Positions 29,473-40,009 are shown, counted from the first letter of the stretch. The stretch is 64,000 bases of DNA from an uncultured Nitrospiraceae bacterium (GCA_963727775.1 CAVSHB010000001.1:1248001-1312000), one strand, 5' to 3'. The notes: a model not told the origin generated them from the sequence alone. Translations and numbers: made by a program.

Positions 29473-31596
29473 TTGAGCGGCAAGGACGGCAGAATCATTT
29501 CAGCGCCCGATAAGTTGTCGGGTCTTTCTGAGCTTGCTTCCAATCTCTGGTGGAGCTGGCACCCGGCGGCAAGGATGCTTTTTAAAATGCTGGACAGGGT
29601 TGCATGGAAGGAGAGCGGCCATAATCCTGTGCAGATGCTCAGAGATTTACCGGAAGATATTTTAAAACCTTTTGAGAATGATAATGACTATTTGCAGCAT
29701 TACAGGGAAGTCATTAAGAAGTTTCGTGAGGACATTCAAAAAAAGGTATGCTGGTTCTCTGAAAATATCGCCGACCCGGGTTGCCTGCCGCTGGCCTATT
29801 TTTCTGCCGAATACGGTCTTCATCACTCCCTGCCGTTCTACGCGGGCGGCTTAGGTTTCTTAGCAGGTGATTATCTCAAGGAGTGCAGTGATTTAGGCCT
29901 GCCGATGGTGGCCGTTGGTTTTATGTATCCTGAAGGGTACTTGCTCCAGAAGATCGGAATGGACGGCTGGCAGGAAGATATTGACGAGGTTCTTAACAGG
30001 GACGTTTCTCCTATAGAAAGGGTGATGAATGAAAAGGGTGAACAGCTTATCGTCAGGGTGCCTTTCATGGAACCGCCGATATATATAGCCGTTTGGAAGG
30101 TAGATGTCGGACGTATCCCTTTGTATCTAATGGATACGGACATCGACATGAACGATCCCTGGAACAGGAAAATAAGCGCCCATCTGTACATCGGGAATAT
30201 TGAACAGCGTTTGTGTCAGGAGATGGTGCTCGGCATAGGAGGGAACGCGATGCTGAACACACTCGGCATAAAGCATTCCGTGTTGCACCTGAACGAAGGA
30301 CATTCCGCCTTTGCGTTACTGGAGCGCATAAGAGAAAGGATAGAGGACGGGATGAGTTTTGAAACCGCGGTAGAACAAGTGCGTTCCACAACGGTTTTCA
30401 CTACCCATACACCCATACCGGCGGGCCACGACGTCTTTCCGTTTCACCTTATGGACAAGTATTTCAGCCACTGTTATCCTTTCCTTGGTATCTCACGTGA
30501 AACCTTTCTCCAGATGGGGATCCATCCGAATGAGCCTGCAGCCGGTTTCAATATGACCGCTTTTTCTCTGAGGCTGTCCAGATATAATAACGGCGTCAGC
30601 AAAAAGCACGGCGAGGTGGCGCGGCGTATGTGGCAGCCGCTCTGGCCGGACAAAAAAGAAGAGGAAGTCCCGATTGATTTTATAACAAATGGAATCCATG
30701 TCCCAACATGGACGGAACCGAAGATCGACCTTCTTTTTGATAAGTACCTCGGGCAAAACTGGCTTGAAGATCACGATAATCCCGATATGTGGAAGATGGT
30801 CGACGGCATACCTGAAGCTGAGTTATGGCAGACCCATTACTGGCTCAAGATAAAACTCCTTAACTTCATCCGCGAACAGGCGCGGCATCGATGGATCGAA
30901 AACAAAGTCAATCCGATAAATATCCTGACCGGGGGCACATTGCTCGAAACAACAGCACTGACTATCGGTTTCGCGCGCCGGTTTACATCTTATAAAAGAG
31001 CGGACCTTGTTTTTAAAAACCTCGACAGGCTGAAACGGATCCTGAATAATCGCTGGAGGCCTCTGCAGATTATCTTTGCAGGTAAAGCCCATCCGGCAGA
31101 CGATGAAGGTAAAAGAATATTGCAGAGTATATTCAAATTTGCGCAGGACCCCGAACTGGGAGGACGTATCGCCTTTGTCGAAAACTATGATGAACAACTG
31201 GCGCAATATATGGTGCACGGGGTTGATCTGTGGCTTAATAACCCTGTCCCGCCTTTAGAGGCGTGCGGGACCAGCGGTATGAAGGCGGCCCTGAACGGGG
31301 TCCCTCACCTGAGTATTCTCGATGGCTGGTGGATAGAGGGTTTCAGCGGCAAAAACGGATGGGCTTTTGAGGGGAAAGGTGACGACAGGGACGCTGAAGC
31401 TATTTATGATATATTGGAGACGGAGGTTGTTCCTCTCTTCTATAAGGTGGATGAATTCGGTATTCCCAACGATTGGGTCAAGGTGATGAAAGAGTCTATA
31501 AAGAGTGTAGGCGCAGCCTTCAGCGCCCGGAGGATGGTAAAGGAATACGCGATAAAATTTTATCAGAATGCATTGAAAGCGGCATATATAAAGTGA
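29473..31596 (+). CDS. glgP: Alpha-glucan (glycogen) phosphorylase
   Basis: YFSAEYG, GGLGFLAGD, HLNEGH, EACGTSGMK; TTG 29473 follows GGAGG. Confidence 0.93.
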   Translation: MSGKDGRIISAPDKLSGLSELASNLWWSWHPAARMLFKMLDRVAWKESGHNPVQMLRDLPEDILKPFENDNDYLQHYREVIKKFREDIQKKVCWFSENIADPGCLPLAYFSAEYGLHHSLPFYAGGLGFLAGDYLKECSDLGLPMVAVGFMYPEGYLLQKIGMDGWQEDIDEVLNRDVSPIERVMNEKGEQLIVRVPFMEPPIYIAVWKVDVGRIPLYLMDTDIDMNDPWNRKISAHLYIGNIEQRLCQEMVLGIGGNAMLNTLGIKHSVLHLNEGHSAFALLERIRERIEDGMSFETAVEQVRSTTVFTTHTPIPAGHDVFPFHLMDKYFSHCYPFLGISRETFLQMGIHPNEPAAGFNMTAFSLRLSRYNNGVSKKHGEVARRMWQPLWPDKKEEEVPIDFITNGIHVPTWTEPKIDLLFDKYLGQNWLEDHDNPDMWKMVDGIPEAELWQTHYWLKIKLLNFIREQARHRWIENKVNPINILTGGTLLETTALTIGFARRFTSYKRADLVFKNLDRLKRILNNRWRPLQIIFAGKAHPADDEGKRILQSIFKFAQDPELGGRIAFVENYDEQLAQYMVHGVDLWLNNPVPPLEACGTSGMKAALNGVPHLSILDGWWIEGFSGKNGWAFEGKGDDRDAEAIYDILETEVVPLFYKVDEFGIPNDWVKVMKESIKSVGAAFSARRMVKEYAIKFYQNALKAAYIK

Positions 31597-31614
31597 AATG
31601 AAAAAGGAGGCAGT

Positions 31615-32058
31615 ATGATTTCAAAAATTCTTGTTACGACAGACGGCTCAAAGCAGGCGCGTAAATCTATTGAATATGCAGCCCGGTTTGCAAAGCAGAC
31701 AGGCGCGACTGTGACCTTACTAAGCGTGATAGATAAAAGTTCTTTTGTACCGCTGTCGATACCGGTTACCGCATCTGCAAAGCTGACCGAGCCTATTGAA
31801 AATTATCTGAAGCGCGCCGCTGAATCTTATATCGAAGAAGCCGAAGAGTTATGCAGGACCAATGAAGTCCCGGTGAGAAAAGTTATCAGGTCGGGACATC
31901 CTGTGGAAGAAATCATCAAAGAAGCTGAAAAATCAAAGGTCGACCTCGTTATTATAGGCTCGCGGGGCAAAAGCGCTTTGAAAGCGGCGGTGCTCGGCAG
32001 TGTTACCTTCGGTGTAATTAACAAAGCGTCAAAGGTACCTGTTCTCGTAGTGAGATGA
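31615..32058 (+). CDS. Universal stress protein
   Basis: KILVTTDGS, IIGSRG..LGSV, PVLVV. Confidence 0.92.
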   Translation: MISKILVTTDGSKQARKSIEYAARFAKQTGATVTLLSVIDKSSFVPLSIPVTASAKLTEPIENYLKRAAESYIEEAEELCRTNEVPVRKVIRSGHPVEEIIKEAEKSKVDLVIIGSRGKSALKAAVLGSVTFGVINKASKVPVLVVR

Positions 32059-32166
32059 TATTTTTCAGTTGATATACGGGAGACTATTGGTCAACCAGTC
32101 CGGATTTATGGCTCCTTTGATAGAGCACTTTCCGTATCGCCTTCAATAGGTAATTTTCGGAATTCA

Positions 32167-33285
32167 TTATTCAGAATTCATTGCAGTGTGTTTTAACACA
32201 TCTTCAAATTGAATGGCGATATCATCCCATAAGAATTGAGCCGCGGATTCCCTGGCCCGTTTCCCTAATACCTCTCTTTTCTTAATGTCTGACAACAATA
32301 GTCTCATTTTATCCGACAGCTCGGCGGCCGATCCGGAGGGGAAACTGATCCCGAATCCTTCGCGGCTTACAAAAGCGAGTTCGGGTATGTCACTTACGAT
32401 TACCGGTTTTCCGCAAGCAGCAGACTCAAGAATACTTATGGGTGAAGATTCATGCCGGGACGGCAGGACGAATATTCGGGCCCTTGACAAGAGCCTCACC
32501 TTTTCATCGCCCGTCACAAAACCTGCATAGTCTATTCGTTTTTTTACAGGAGAATTAGAATCGGATATAAGCTCCTGAAATTTGTCGAATTCGTAACCTG
32601 CGAGGATGAGTTTTATTTCGGGAAACTCGGCGCCGATCTCCTCAAAGGCCCTTATAAGAAGATCGAGTCCCTTAGTGTAAATGTCTATCCGGCTTAAGAA
32701 AAGAATGTAGTCTCCATCTATAGGTGTGACGTTCAAAAGATACTTATTTATACCATTTGGTATGACGCGACAAAGGTCTACCTTTCTTTTGACCCTGGGC
32801 ATCACCTTCTCCTTTGTTATCTCTGAAACGAAGATAAATTTGTCGTAGAGCCGGGGATAGTATTTCTCGGCCACATACATCGGGATGGAATAGAACGGAT
32901 TGAATTTCCTTAACGAATGTCTTTCCATCACACCCTGAATCTGCAATATCACGGGTGTCTTTGTCATAAATCTCGAGAAAAAAGGCGTTGATGGCAGGAA
33001 ATTTTCTACGATGATGTCGAACCTGTCACCATTCCTTCGCACATAATCCGCTACTTTTACCGTATAGGAAAAGACACTCTTTGTAAGGCTTTCGCATTCT
33101 GTTCCGATGAATATATGCCTTAGTCCTTCAATCTCGGAATCTCTTGCCCCAGGATATTTCATGCAAAGAAGCGTAATATCATGTCTATCCTTCAATCTCT
33201 TATAAATTTCATAGGCCCTTACACCTGCCCCTCCGGATCCGAATGGGCTTCCAAGACTTTCATAGATGAGCTGAAGGATTTTCAT
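32167..33285 (-). CDS. GT4 glycosyltransferase
   Basis: KGLDLL, PSRHESSPISILE (Ex7E). Confidence 0.88.
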   Translation of the reverse strand: MKILQLIYESLGSPFGSGGAGVRAYEIYKRLKDRHDITLLCMKYPGARDSEIEGLRHIFIGTECESLTKSVFSYTVKVADYVRRNGDRFDIIVENFLPSTPFFSRFMTKTPVILQIQGVMERHSLRKFNPFYSIPMYVAEKYYPRLYDKFIFVSEITKEKVMPRVKRKVDLCRVIPNGINKYLLNVTPIDGDYILFLSRIDIYTKGLDLLIRAFEEIGAEFPEIKLILAGYEFDKFQELISDSNSPVKKRIDYAGFVTGDEKVRLLSRARIFVLPSRHESSPISILESAACGKPVIVSDIPELAFVSREGFGISFPSGSAAELSDKMRLLLSDIKKREVLGKRARESAAQFLWDDIAIQFEDVLKHTAMNSE

Positions 33286-33437
33286 TTTCCAAATCGTAGA
33301 GAGGTGAACATTTTCTGCATACCAAATGCAGAGAAAGTGCTGATGTAAGGCAGTATCGGCACCCTGAATCTGGAGTATCCGACTATGCCGGGGATGAAAG
33401 AGAAGTAGACTATTGAGATTTTCTTGCCGTAAATCAC
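33282..33437 (-). pseudogene. C-terminal remnant of a GT-C/ArnT-like gene, persisting as a 51-aa bridging ORF
   Basis: GTG-IYGKKISIVYFSFIPGIVGYSRFRVPILPYISTFSAFGMQKMFTSLRFGK*; resembles GGPVGYHRFRLPIMPMISVFSGYG of 27134-28513; GTGA and ATGA overlaps at the two ends. Confidence 0.65.
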
Positions 33438-34630
33438 AAAGATTCCTTGCGAAGGTGGCGTGCGATTGCGGCTGCCGATCCGCCTGGAGGACGATAGAAC
33501 TGCCGCCGGATCACCTCGCGCCGCTTGTCGGCGTCAGGGTCGATGCCGCGCTCGATCCGGTCGAGAAACGATTTGAGACCCTGGATGCCGTCGGATCGTT
33601 CGACTACATCGCAGATCGCTTGACCCACTGGGTTCCACCCGGGATTGCCAGGGGCCTGCGTCAGCAGGAGCGGCTTCCCTGTGTATCCGAACTCTGCGAG
33701 AAACGATACCCCATCGGTCATCATAGCCCACGCTTGCTCGAATTGCTCGATGTGACTTGAATACGCCGGAAAACGCGTCGTCGCGGTGACGTTGCCATCG
33801 ACCGTAACGTTGTCGAGTTCCGCAGCCCTGGCGTGGAAGTGCAGTTCGTCCTGTTCGGTCCAGAGACCTTCGCTGCGAAGTTCGCTCCAGAGCAAAGGAT
33901 GCGGGCGAATGATGAATCGCATGTACGGTCGGTGCGCCGCCTCTTCGAGGACAGCCCGATATGAAGGAATGAAGGTCGAGTAACCGGCGGTCTTCTTATC
34001 TTCATCAGTCCAGTGAGTCGACCACCATGGACACCAGAGCACCGTAGGCACATCAGCGCGCCCCCGATCGATGTCCCAGTGATCGAGCGCTGGAGAGCCC
34101 GTGTGAATGATTCTTGACTTGTCAACTCCTGTGCATTCGTACTGCTGGGCACAATAGTCATTCTCCGCGTAGATGGCCTGGCATTCACGGAAGAAAGGAA
34201 GCTCGAACTGTGTCTCCGTCTCAGGGTAGATATTAAAGCCGTAGTTGATATAGTGAACCGGCAGACCGAGACGCCTGGGAGCCAGTGACTCGTGTCGCTG
34301 TTCGACATACTGCCTTGGCAAAAATACCGCCGCCGGACGAAGATCTCGGAGGCGGGTCGCCTCGGAATCTGCCGGAACAAAGCGCTCCGGCTCGAACCCG
34401 TGGGCCGCCAGCCACTCCCATACCCGGCTGGCAAGTACCAGATCGTAGTCGATCTCGGCGGAGGATGACCAGTGCCGCTCGGGAGTGACGACGATCTTTG
34501 TCGTCCAGCCAGCCTCACGAAGTGCGCAGACGACCGGCGCGACTATCTCGAAGGTTTCCATCCATTGCACCACGAAGGCCACGCAGTGTTCGGCTTCGCG
34601 TTTGAAACCACGTCTCCATTTCCATATCAT
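33434..34630 (-). CDS. CDP-glycerol glycerophosphotransferase (TagF/TagB)-like transferase
   Basis: YINYG, TGSP, LWCPW, IRPHP, MTDGVSFLAEF...GKP. Confidence 0.7.
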   Translation of the reverse strand: MIWKWRRGFKREAEHCVAFVVQWMETFEIVAPVVCALREAGWTTKIVVTPERHWSSSAEIDYDLVLASRVWEWLAAHGFEPERFVPADSEATRLRDLRPAAVFLPRQYVEQRHESLAPRRLGLPVHYINYGFNIYPETETQFELPFFRECQAIYAENDYCAQQYECTGVDKSRIIHTGSPALDHWDIDRGRADVPTVLWCPWWSTHWTDEDKKTAGYSTFIPSYRAVLEEAAHRPYMRFIIRPHPLLWSELRSEGLWTEQDELHFHARAAELDNVTVDGNVTATTRFPAYSSHIEQFEQAWAMMTDGVSFLAEFGYTGKPLLLTQAPGNPGWNPVGQAICDVVERSDGIQGLKSFLDRIERGIDPDADKRREVIRRQFYRPPGGSAAAIARHLRKESL

Positions 34631-34639
34631 CTCGTTATC

Positions 34640-35338
34640 CTACCTTTTAACAAGAACAGCGCTGAAGCGGAATTTGCTTTGGATATAGTTCGGGATCTGC
34701 GAAGGAAAGATGCGACAGTCCACGTTGTGGGTTGCGGCAAGATCCAGAAACCAACCGCTTGGATAGTAGAGATGCTCCAGGCCTGCATAGCGTCGCTCGT
34801 ATTCATCAGCTTTGAACTTGTCGCGCCGCATCCTTTCAGCTGCGTCACGGCGACTCAGGTCGGGAATGTCGAGTACAGCGACGGCTCGCCTCGATTTGGC
34901 GATCATCAGGTCGAGCACCCGCCCGGCATAGTCAAGATCAGGGAAATAGTGGAAGACGCCGTTCGATATGACAAGATCGTAATAGGGAACCTGTGGCAGC
35001 TCTGCGGCTTCTAGGACTGCAAAGTCACCGGCAGGAAGGACCCTGCGCGTTACATCTATCAAGGCGGATGAGTAATCGCAGCCACCGATCCAAATTTCGA
35101 TCTGCTCCCGGAGCGCATACAGGAAGGCTCCTGCGCCGCAGCCGACTTCGTAGACTGAGCTGCCTGTGGTAATCCCAAGAATTTCCGATATTGTTCGAGC
35201 ATAAGATCGCATATTGTCGGGCGTGATCTGGGACACAGCGGTGTCGTAACCGTCGAGATCGAGCAGATCCCGAAGCCCAACGGTTTTGTCATCCGGCGGC
35301 TTGCGCTGGTTCCAAACCCCTTGCCAACGCGAATTCAT
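34640..35338 (-). CDS. SAM-dependent methyltransferase in the phosphonate cassette
   Basis: VYEVGCGAGAFL, DYS, SNGVFHYF. Confidence 0.85.
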   Translation of the reverse strand: MNSRWQGVWNQRKPPDDKTVGLRDLLDLDGYDTAVSQITPDNMRSYARTISEILGITTGSSVYEVGCGAGAFLYALREQIEIWIGGCDYSSALIDVTRRVLPAGDFAVLEAAELPQVPYYDLVISNGVFHYFPDLDYAGRVLDLMIAKSRRAVAVLDIPDLSRRDAAERMRRDKFKADEYERRYAGLEHLYYPSGWFLDLAATHNVDCRIFPSQIPNYIQSKFRFSAVLVKR

Positions 35339-36102
35339 GAGCCAGCCCTATGGTCTGATTTACTCTCTCGGACAAGGATGTCTGGGTATACCGTGTTTCT
35401 GACATGTAATAGATGTGCCTCATTGTCGATCTCCGACCAGGCGAGGTCATCAACGAGATGGCAGTAAACGGGGACGAGCTTGCCAACGGCTACAAGAGCG
35501 TCCTCGTATTCGAGTTTCAGCGTTGTTTTGAACACCTCATCCGCATATCGCTTCATCGCGCGGAAACAACCGAGAGACAGTTTGGTGATGCCGACCATTT
35601 CTCCGATAACCAACAAACCCAGGCGGGTGCGGTCCTTGGCCATCGCACGGAGCCGCCGATCGTCCGACACCTCGACATAGACCTCATCGCCCGATCCGGT
35701 AGGCCTGGACACGAGCATCACGTCCGATTCCGGATGGCCGAGCACTTCTACCAATGCGCGGCGCTCGTAAACGAGATCCGATTCCAAAAGCAGGAAGTCG
35801 GCTTCGATCCGTTCGATGACCAACGAAAGCGAATACATACTGCCGGACTTTGCGAAGAGGGGATTAGGAACGAGCGTTATCAGGTCAGGATAGCGCGCGG
35901 CAAGCCCCATGTAGTGATGAGGGAGGTGTCCGGTCACGATGATCATATGGCGGATTCCGCTCGCCGCCAGGCGGATCACAGACTCCTCCACGATCGGCAT
36001 CGTCCCGATTTCGATGAAACCTTTCGGCCGCTTTAACCCGGCCTCCTTCATCCGCAGGCCGCGGCCGGCGGCGAGAATGACGGCGGTATTCACGTTTTCC
36101 AT
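35335..36102 (-). CDS. LicC/PntC-like phosphonate or phosphocholine cytidylyltransferase
   Basis: ILAAGRGLRM..RPK, LESDL, WSEID. Confidence 0.85.
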   Translation of the reverse strand: MENVNTAVILAAGRGLRMKEAGLKRPKGFIEIGTMPIVEESVIRLAASGIRHMIIVTGHLPHHYMGLAARYPDLITLVPNPLFAKSGSMYSLSLVIERIEADFLLLESDLVYERRALVEVLGHPESDVMLVSRPTGSGDEVYVEVSDDRRLRAMAKDRTRLGLLVIGEMVGITKLSLGCFRAMKRYADEVFKTTLKLEYEDALVAVGKLVPVYCHLVDDLAWSEIDNEAHLLHVRNTVYPDILVRESKSDHRAGS

Positions 36103-37187
36103 CAGCCGCGCGCTCCGCAGAACACCGACTGAAGTATGCGGATCAGGCGGTCAAGATCGTTGTCACTGATAGCGCCCATGTTGGCGATGCGGAAGATCGT
36201 CTTCCGGAAATCCATCTGACCGGCGTAGATTACAAAGCCTCCCGCCTTCAGCTTATCGTGGATGCGTTTGTAGCTGTCGCTGGCCGGCAGCCGGAAGGCC
36301 GACATGACCGCGGAGGTATCTTTCTCCGGTAGGAGTGCTTCGACACCGAGCGTTTCCAGAGTCGAGCGCACCGTCCGAGAAATGAATCGGTATCGCTCCC
36401 GTCGGGTCCACCAGCCACCTGCTTCGGCGAATTCGTGCAACGCCTCCTGCAGTGCGAAACAGACGTGGACAGGCATGGTGAACGGCGACCATCCTGTGGT
36501 CTGTTCGGCGTAATAACGCTCCAGATCAAGATATAGTGACGTCGCGTGACCGGTGCTTCGGTCAAGCTGTTGGCGCTCGGCCAGTACGAAAGACAGCCCG
36601 GGAACACCGTGCAGGCACTTGTTTGCAGACGATGCAACAGCCAGCGGCTGCCATTCATCGAAGCGCAGTTCCTCGCCGCCAAAGCTGCTGACAGCATCGA
36701 CCAATAGACCCACGCCACGCTCCCGGCAGACGCCGGCAAGTTCATCAAGCCGGTTAAGCCTGCCTGTGGTGGTCTCGTGATGGACGATTGCCACGCACGC
36801 GATGGAGGAATCGGCGTCCAATGCCGCGACGACACGATCGCCGTCGACGGCCTCCGTCCATGCGGACCGAACGGCAATAGACGGCTTTCCCTGACGCTCC
36901 AGCATCAATGTCATCCGCTCCCCGTAGACACCGTTGGAGGCGACAAGAGTCGGACGCCCGCGTGGCGCGAAGGTGGAGAGCATCGCTTCTACGGCGGCGG
37001 TTCCGGATCCAGTGAGTAGTACGGCAGCATGGGTGCGCCTTACCTCCGGATAGACGGTCTCCAGCCGCTGCCTGATATCGAGGAACAATGCGGCGAATTC
37101 CGGCTCGCGATGGCATATATCCCCGCGCAGGAGTGCATTACGCACGCGCGGTGTCAACGTTACAGGACCCGGATTGAGGAGTATCAC
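36102..37187 (-). CDS. aepZ: 2-aminoethylphosphonate aminotransferase (class V PLP; PhnW/AepZ family)
   Basis: LLNPGPV, GSGTAAVE, HHETTTG, DAVSSFG, SANKCLHGVPG. Confidence 0.88.
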   Translation of the reverse strand: MILLNPGPVTLTPRVRNALLRGDICHREPEFAALFLDIRQRLETVYPEVRRTHAAVLLTGSGTAAVEAMLSTFAPRGRPTLVASNGVYGERMTLMLERQGKPSIAVRSAWTEAVDGDRVVAALDADSSIACVAIVHHETTTGRLNRLDELAGVCRERGVGLLVDAVSSFGGEELRFDEWQPLAVASSANKCLHGVPGLSFVLAERQQLDRSTGHATSLYLDLERYYAEQTTGWSPFTMPVHVCFALQEALHEFAEAGGWWTRRERYRFISRTVRSTLETLGVEALLPEKDTSAVMSAFRLPASDSYKRIHDKLKAGGFVIYAGQMDFRKTIFRIANMGAISDNDLDRLIRILQSVFCGARG

Positions 37188-38341
37188 AAACGGTTCCCTC
37201 CGATATTGCGGACGTGGGCTCGAAATCGCTCCGTTGCCTGTGGGGGCTCCAATTTAGGACGGGGCAGGCCGGGGATCACGCCGGGTGTGATCATGGCTCG
37301 AATGAAAGTCAATCCACGCGCTCCTCCCTTGAGTAGGCGGAGAAACTCGCCCGGGTCGGCAAGGACGTGCGCGTCAGCGTAGCCGCAATTGAGGGCGATA
37401 CCAACAAGATCGACCGACCGCGAGACGGTAGACTGGCCTCCGGTCGACTCGTGCATGCTGTTGTCGAGCACGATGTGCACCAGATTGGAAGGCCGCTGAT
37501 AGCCGATCGCGGCCAATGCTCCTAAGCGCATCAGTGCAGCACCGTCACCATCGAGCACGATCACCCGTAGATCCGGGCGCTGAAGCGCCAGTCCGAGAGC
37601 GACGCTCGAAGCGCAGCCCATGGCTCCGACCAGGGAGAGCTGATGCGTACGGTCCGCCGAGGCGTAGAGTTCGCGTCCGGTATAGCCGGTCGTTGCTATC
37701 ACTACGTCGCGGTCGCCGACAGCCGCCTGGACGGCGGCAAGCATGTCGGCCCGGCTGGCGTTTATACGGTCAACTACGGGAGAGCAGGAACGGTTACCGC
37801 CAGTCGGCTTAACCTCCAAAAGCGGAGGGGCCGGTACGGGTGCCACCGAGTCTTTGCGCATGACGAGGCAATAGGGGATCCGCTCGGTCTCCATCCATGA
37901 GAGCGCGCGTCCGAAACACGGTTCGACATCCTCATCACGGATCGGGAAATACTCCCATCGGATCTCCATAAGGTCGAGAAGGCGAGTCGTGATCGATCCC
38001 ATGAGCCCGTGCTGTGGCTCATCTGGCGGTCCGCCGGGATCTCCCCGCAGCGTGGTGATCAGGAGCAAGGGTATCCGGTGGGTATTGGCAAGTGAGGTCA
38101 GCGGATTGACCGCATTTCCGAGGCCGGAGTTCTGAAACATCGCCACCGCACGGCCGCCGCCAATCTCTACCCCGGCGGCTATGGATACTGCATCGCCCTC
38201 GTTGCACGCCGGGACATAGCGCGTCGAGCTGTCGGTGATGACGTAATTGATGAAGGGCTGGAGGTAGGAGCAGGGCACGCCGCTCCACAGCACAAAGCTA
38301 TGGCGCCGAGCCGCTTCGACAAAGACCTGAGCACGGAGCAT
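37184..38341 (-). CDS. aepY: Phosphonopyruvate decarboxylase
   Basis: GVPCS, NEGDA, QNSGLGN, DEPQH, GDGAALM...N (ThDP motif). Confidence 0.92.
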   Translation of the reverse strand: MLRAQVFVEAARRHSFVLWSGVPCSYLQPFINYVITDSSTRYVPACNEGDAVSIAAGVEIGGGRAVAMFQNSGLGNAVNPLTSLANTHRIPLLLITTLRGDPGGPPDEPQHGLMGSITTRLLDLMEIRWEYFPIRDEDVEPCFGRALSWMETERIPYCLVMRKDSVAPVPAPPLLEVKPTGGNRSCSPVVDRINASRADMLAAVQAAVGDRDVVIATTGYTGRELYASADRTHQLSLVGAMGCASSVALGLALQRPDLRVIVLDGDGAALMRLGALAAIGYQRPSNLVHIVLDNSMHESTGGQSTVSRSVDLVGIALNCGYADAHVLADPGEFLRLLKGGARGLTFIRAMITPGVIPGLPRPKLEPPQATERFRAHVRNIGGNRL

Positions 38342-39957
38342 CAGAAGATCCCCGCGTTGATAACGTCATCGAGGCTATCCACGTCGCACCAATTGCCGCT
38401 GGTGTAAACGGCGCGGACCGGGGAGCCGCTGGCGATTAGCTCGTCGATGAGCCGGGGCATGGTCGCCATTCTATTGAGCGGCTTTGACAAAATGGCATCG
38501 AGAACCTTGACGATTTTGGGCAGGGCCTGCACGCCGATCCTGAGGAAGCCTATCCACTCGCCGTCGATTTCACCCGGGTCGATATCAGGAGAGATCCGCT
38601 CGATGAAGACGGGGCGGTTGTAGTGTTGGCGTGAATAGGGCAGTGAACACTTGGCATAGTCGGCGGTGCGTCCACGGTTGGCGCTTTCTCGCCATTGAGT
38701 GTCTATAGCTACGACCAGATCGCCCTCTGCCTCAATCAGGAGGTCGATGATGTATTTGCGGAAGATCACGTCGCCATAGGACACTATCACTCCGCCCTCG
38801 CTTTCGACGCGAGTCGTGATTCCCTTGCTGAGTGAGACGAGCTCGCCGGTAGTCTCATAGTCGTCATTATCGACACAGGTGACCCCGGGAATAGCGATCT
38901 TGTCTTTCTTGTACCCGCGGACAACGACAATTTCCCTGACACCTGCCATGTTGTAAGCCGATACTATGTGGTGCAAAAGCGGCGTACCGCCAATCCGGAC
39001 CATTGTTTTCGGACGGTCGCGAGTTAACTCGCCCAATTCTTCGCCGCGGCCCGCGGCGAGCACGATGGCCGCCGGTATGGTATCGGCGCGCGGCAGGTAG
39101 CGCTGTTCCGCATCCCGGAGAGCTGTCGCTCCCTGGAGGCGAAAGACATCGGCAACCGTGGCGATCTCGTCCTCGATGCGGACGACGGAACGGTCCTCCT
39201 TGATCCTACCTGCGACCTTGGCCATCGCAGCTATCGCGCCGCGGAGAAGATGGTTTGCCCATATGACTAGCGAAAAACCGTACTCCTGAAAGACCTCAGT
39301 CGGTGTCGAATAGTATTTTGTCGGGACGATAACAACAGGACTTCGATCTCCCCATTCGCGCTTGAACGTCAGCACCTCCTCGGGATCCGACAAGGCGCTG
39401 TGGATGAGGATGGCGTCGGCGCCTGCCCGATGATAGGCTTCTGCACGACGCAGTGCCTCGCTAAGCCCCCAGCCGGCAATAAAGGCCTCGACGCGGGCGA
39501 TGAGGCAGAAATCCGGGTCCGACTGGGCGTCCTTGCCGGCTTTGATCTTGCCGCAGAACTCATCAATTTCGGCGAGTGGCTGGCGGCGCCCTTCGATGAA
39601 GCTATTAGTCTTAGGGAACATCTTGTCCTCGATGCAGAGCGCTGCGATCGACCGTTGCTCAAGCTTCCGGACGAGACGCTGGACGTTGTTGAAATTGCCG
39701 AAGCCCGTGTCACCGTCCATCATGATCGGAAGGGTAGTGGCATCCGCCATGAACTCGAGGACATCGAGGACCTGTGTCCAACTTGCCTCATTGTTGTCAC
39801 GGACGCCGAGCTGGCTGGAGATCGTCAAACCGCTGCCCCAAACGCCTGGGAAACCCGCCTCCTCGACGATCTTGGCGCTCAGGCCATTGTGTGCCTCGCA
39901 GATGAATTCAAGATCTTTCGAACAAAGAAGCTGCTTGAATCGCGTGGTCTTGTTCAT
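38341..39957 (-). CDS. pepM: Phosphoenolpyruvate mutase fused to a C-terminal nucleotidyltransferase domain
   Basis: [10 protein letters not shown] (EDKx5NS signature), DGDTG; C-terminal [14 protein letters not shown]. Confidence 0.96.
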   Translation of the reverse strand: MNKTTRFKQLLCSKDLEFICEAHNGLSAKIVEEAGFPGVWGSGLTISSQLGVRDNNEASWTQVLDVLEFMADATTLPIMMDGDTGFGNFNNVQRLVRKLEQRSIAALCIEDKMFPKTNSFIEGRRQPLAEIDEFCGKIKAGKDAQSDPDFCLIARVEAFIAGWGLSEALRRAEAYHRAGADAILIHSALSDPEEVLTFKREWGDRSPVVIVPTKYYSTPTEVFQEYGFSLVIWANHLLRGAIAAMAKVAGRIKEDRSVVRIEDEIATVADVFRLQGATALRDAEQRYLPRADTIPAAIVLAAGRGEELGELTRDRPKTMVRIGGTPLLHHIVSAYNMAGVREIVVVRGYKKDKIAIPGVTCVDNDDYETTGELVSLSKGITTRVESEGGVIVSYGDVIFRKYIIDLLIEAEGDLVVAIDTQWRESANRGRTADYAKCSLPYSRQHYNRPVFIERISPDIDPGEIDGEWIGFLRIGVQALPKIVKVLDAILSKPLNRMATMPRLIDELIASGSPVRAVYTSGNWCDVDSLDDVINAGIF

Positions 39958-40009
39958 CGGCGTCGGGGCAAGACTGACACTGATAAAAACTTGCTTTTCA
40001 ATACTATTA

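Noticed and set aside
29473..31596. glgP as partner of the PPDK-like protein (glucan dikinase idea)
   Set aside because: About 4 kb away, on the opposite strand with unrelated genes between; no carbohydrate-binding module recognisable in the dikinase
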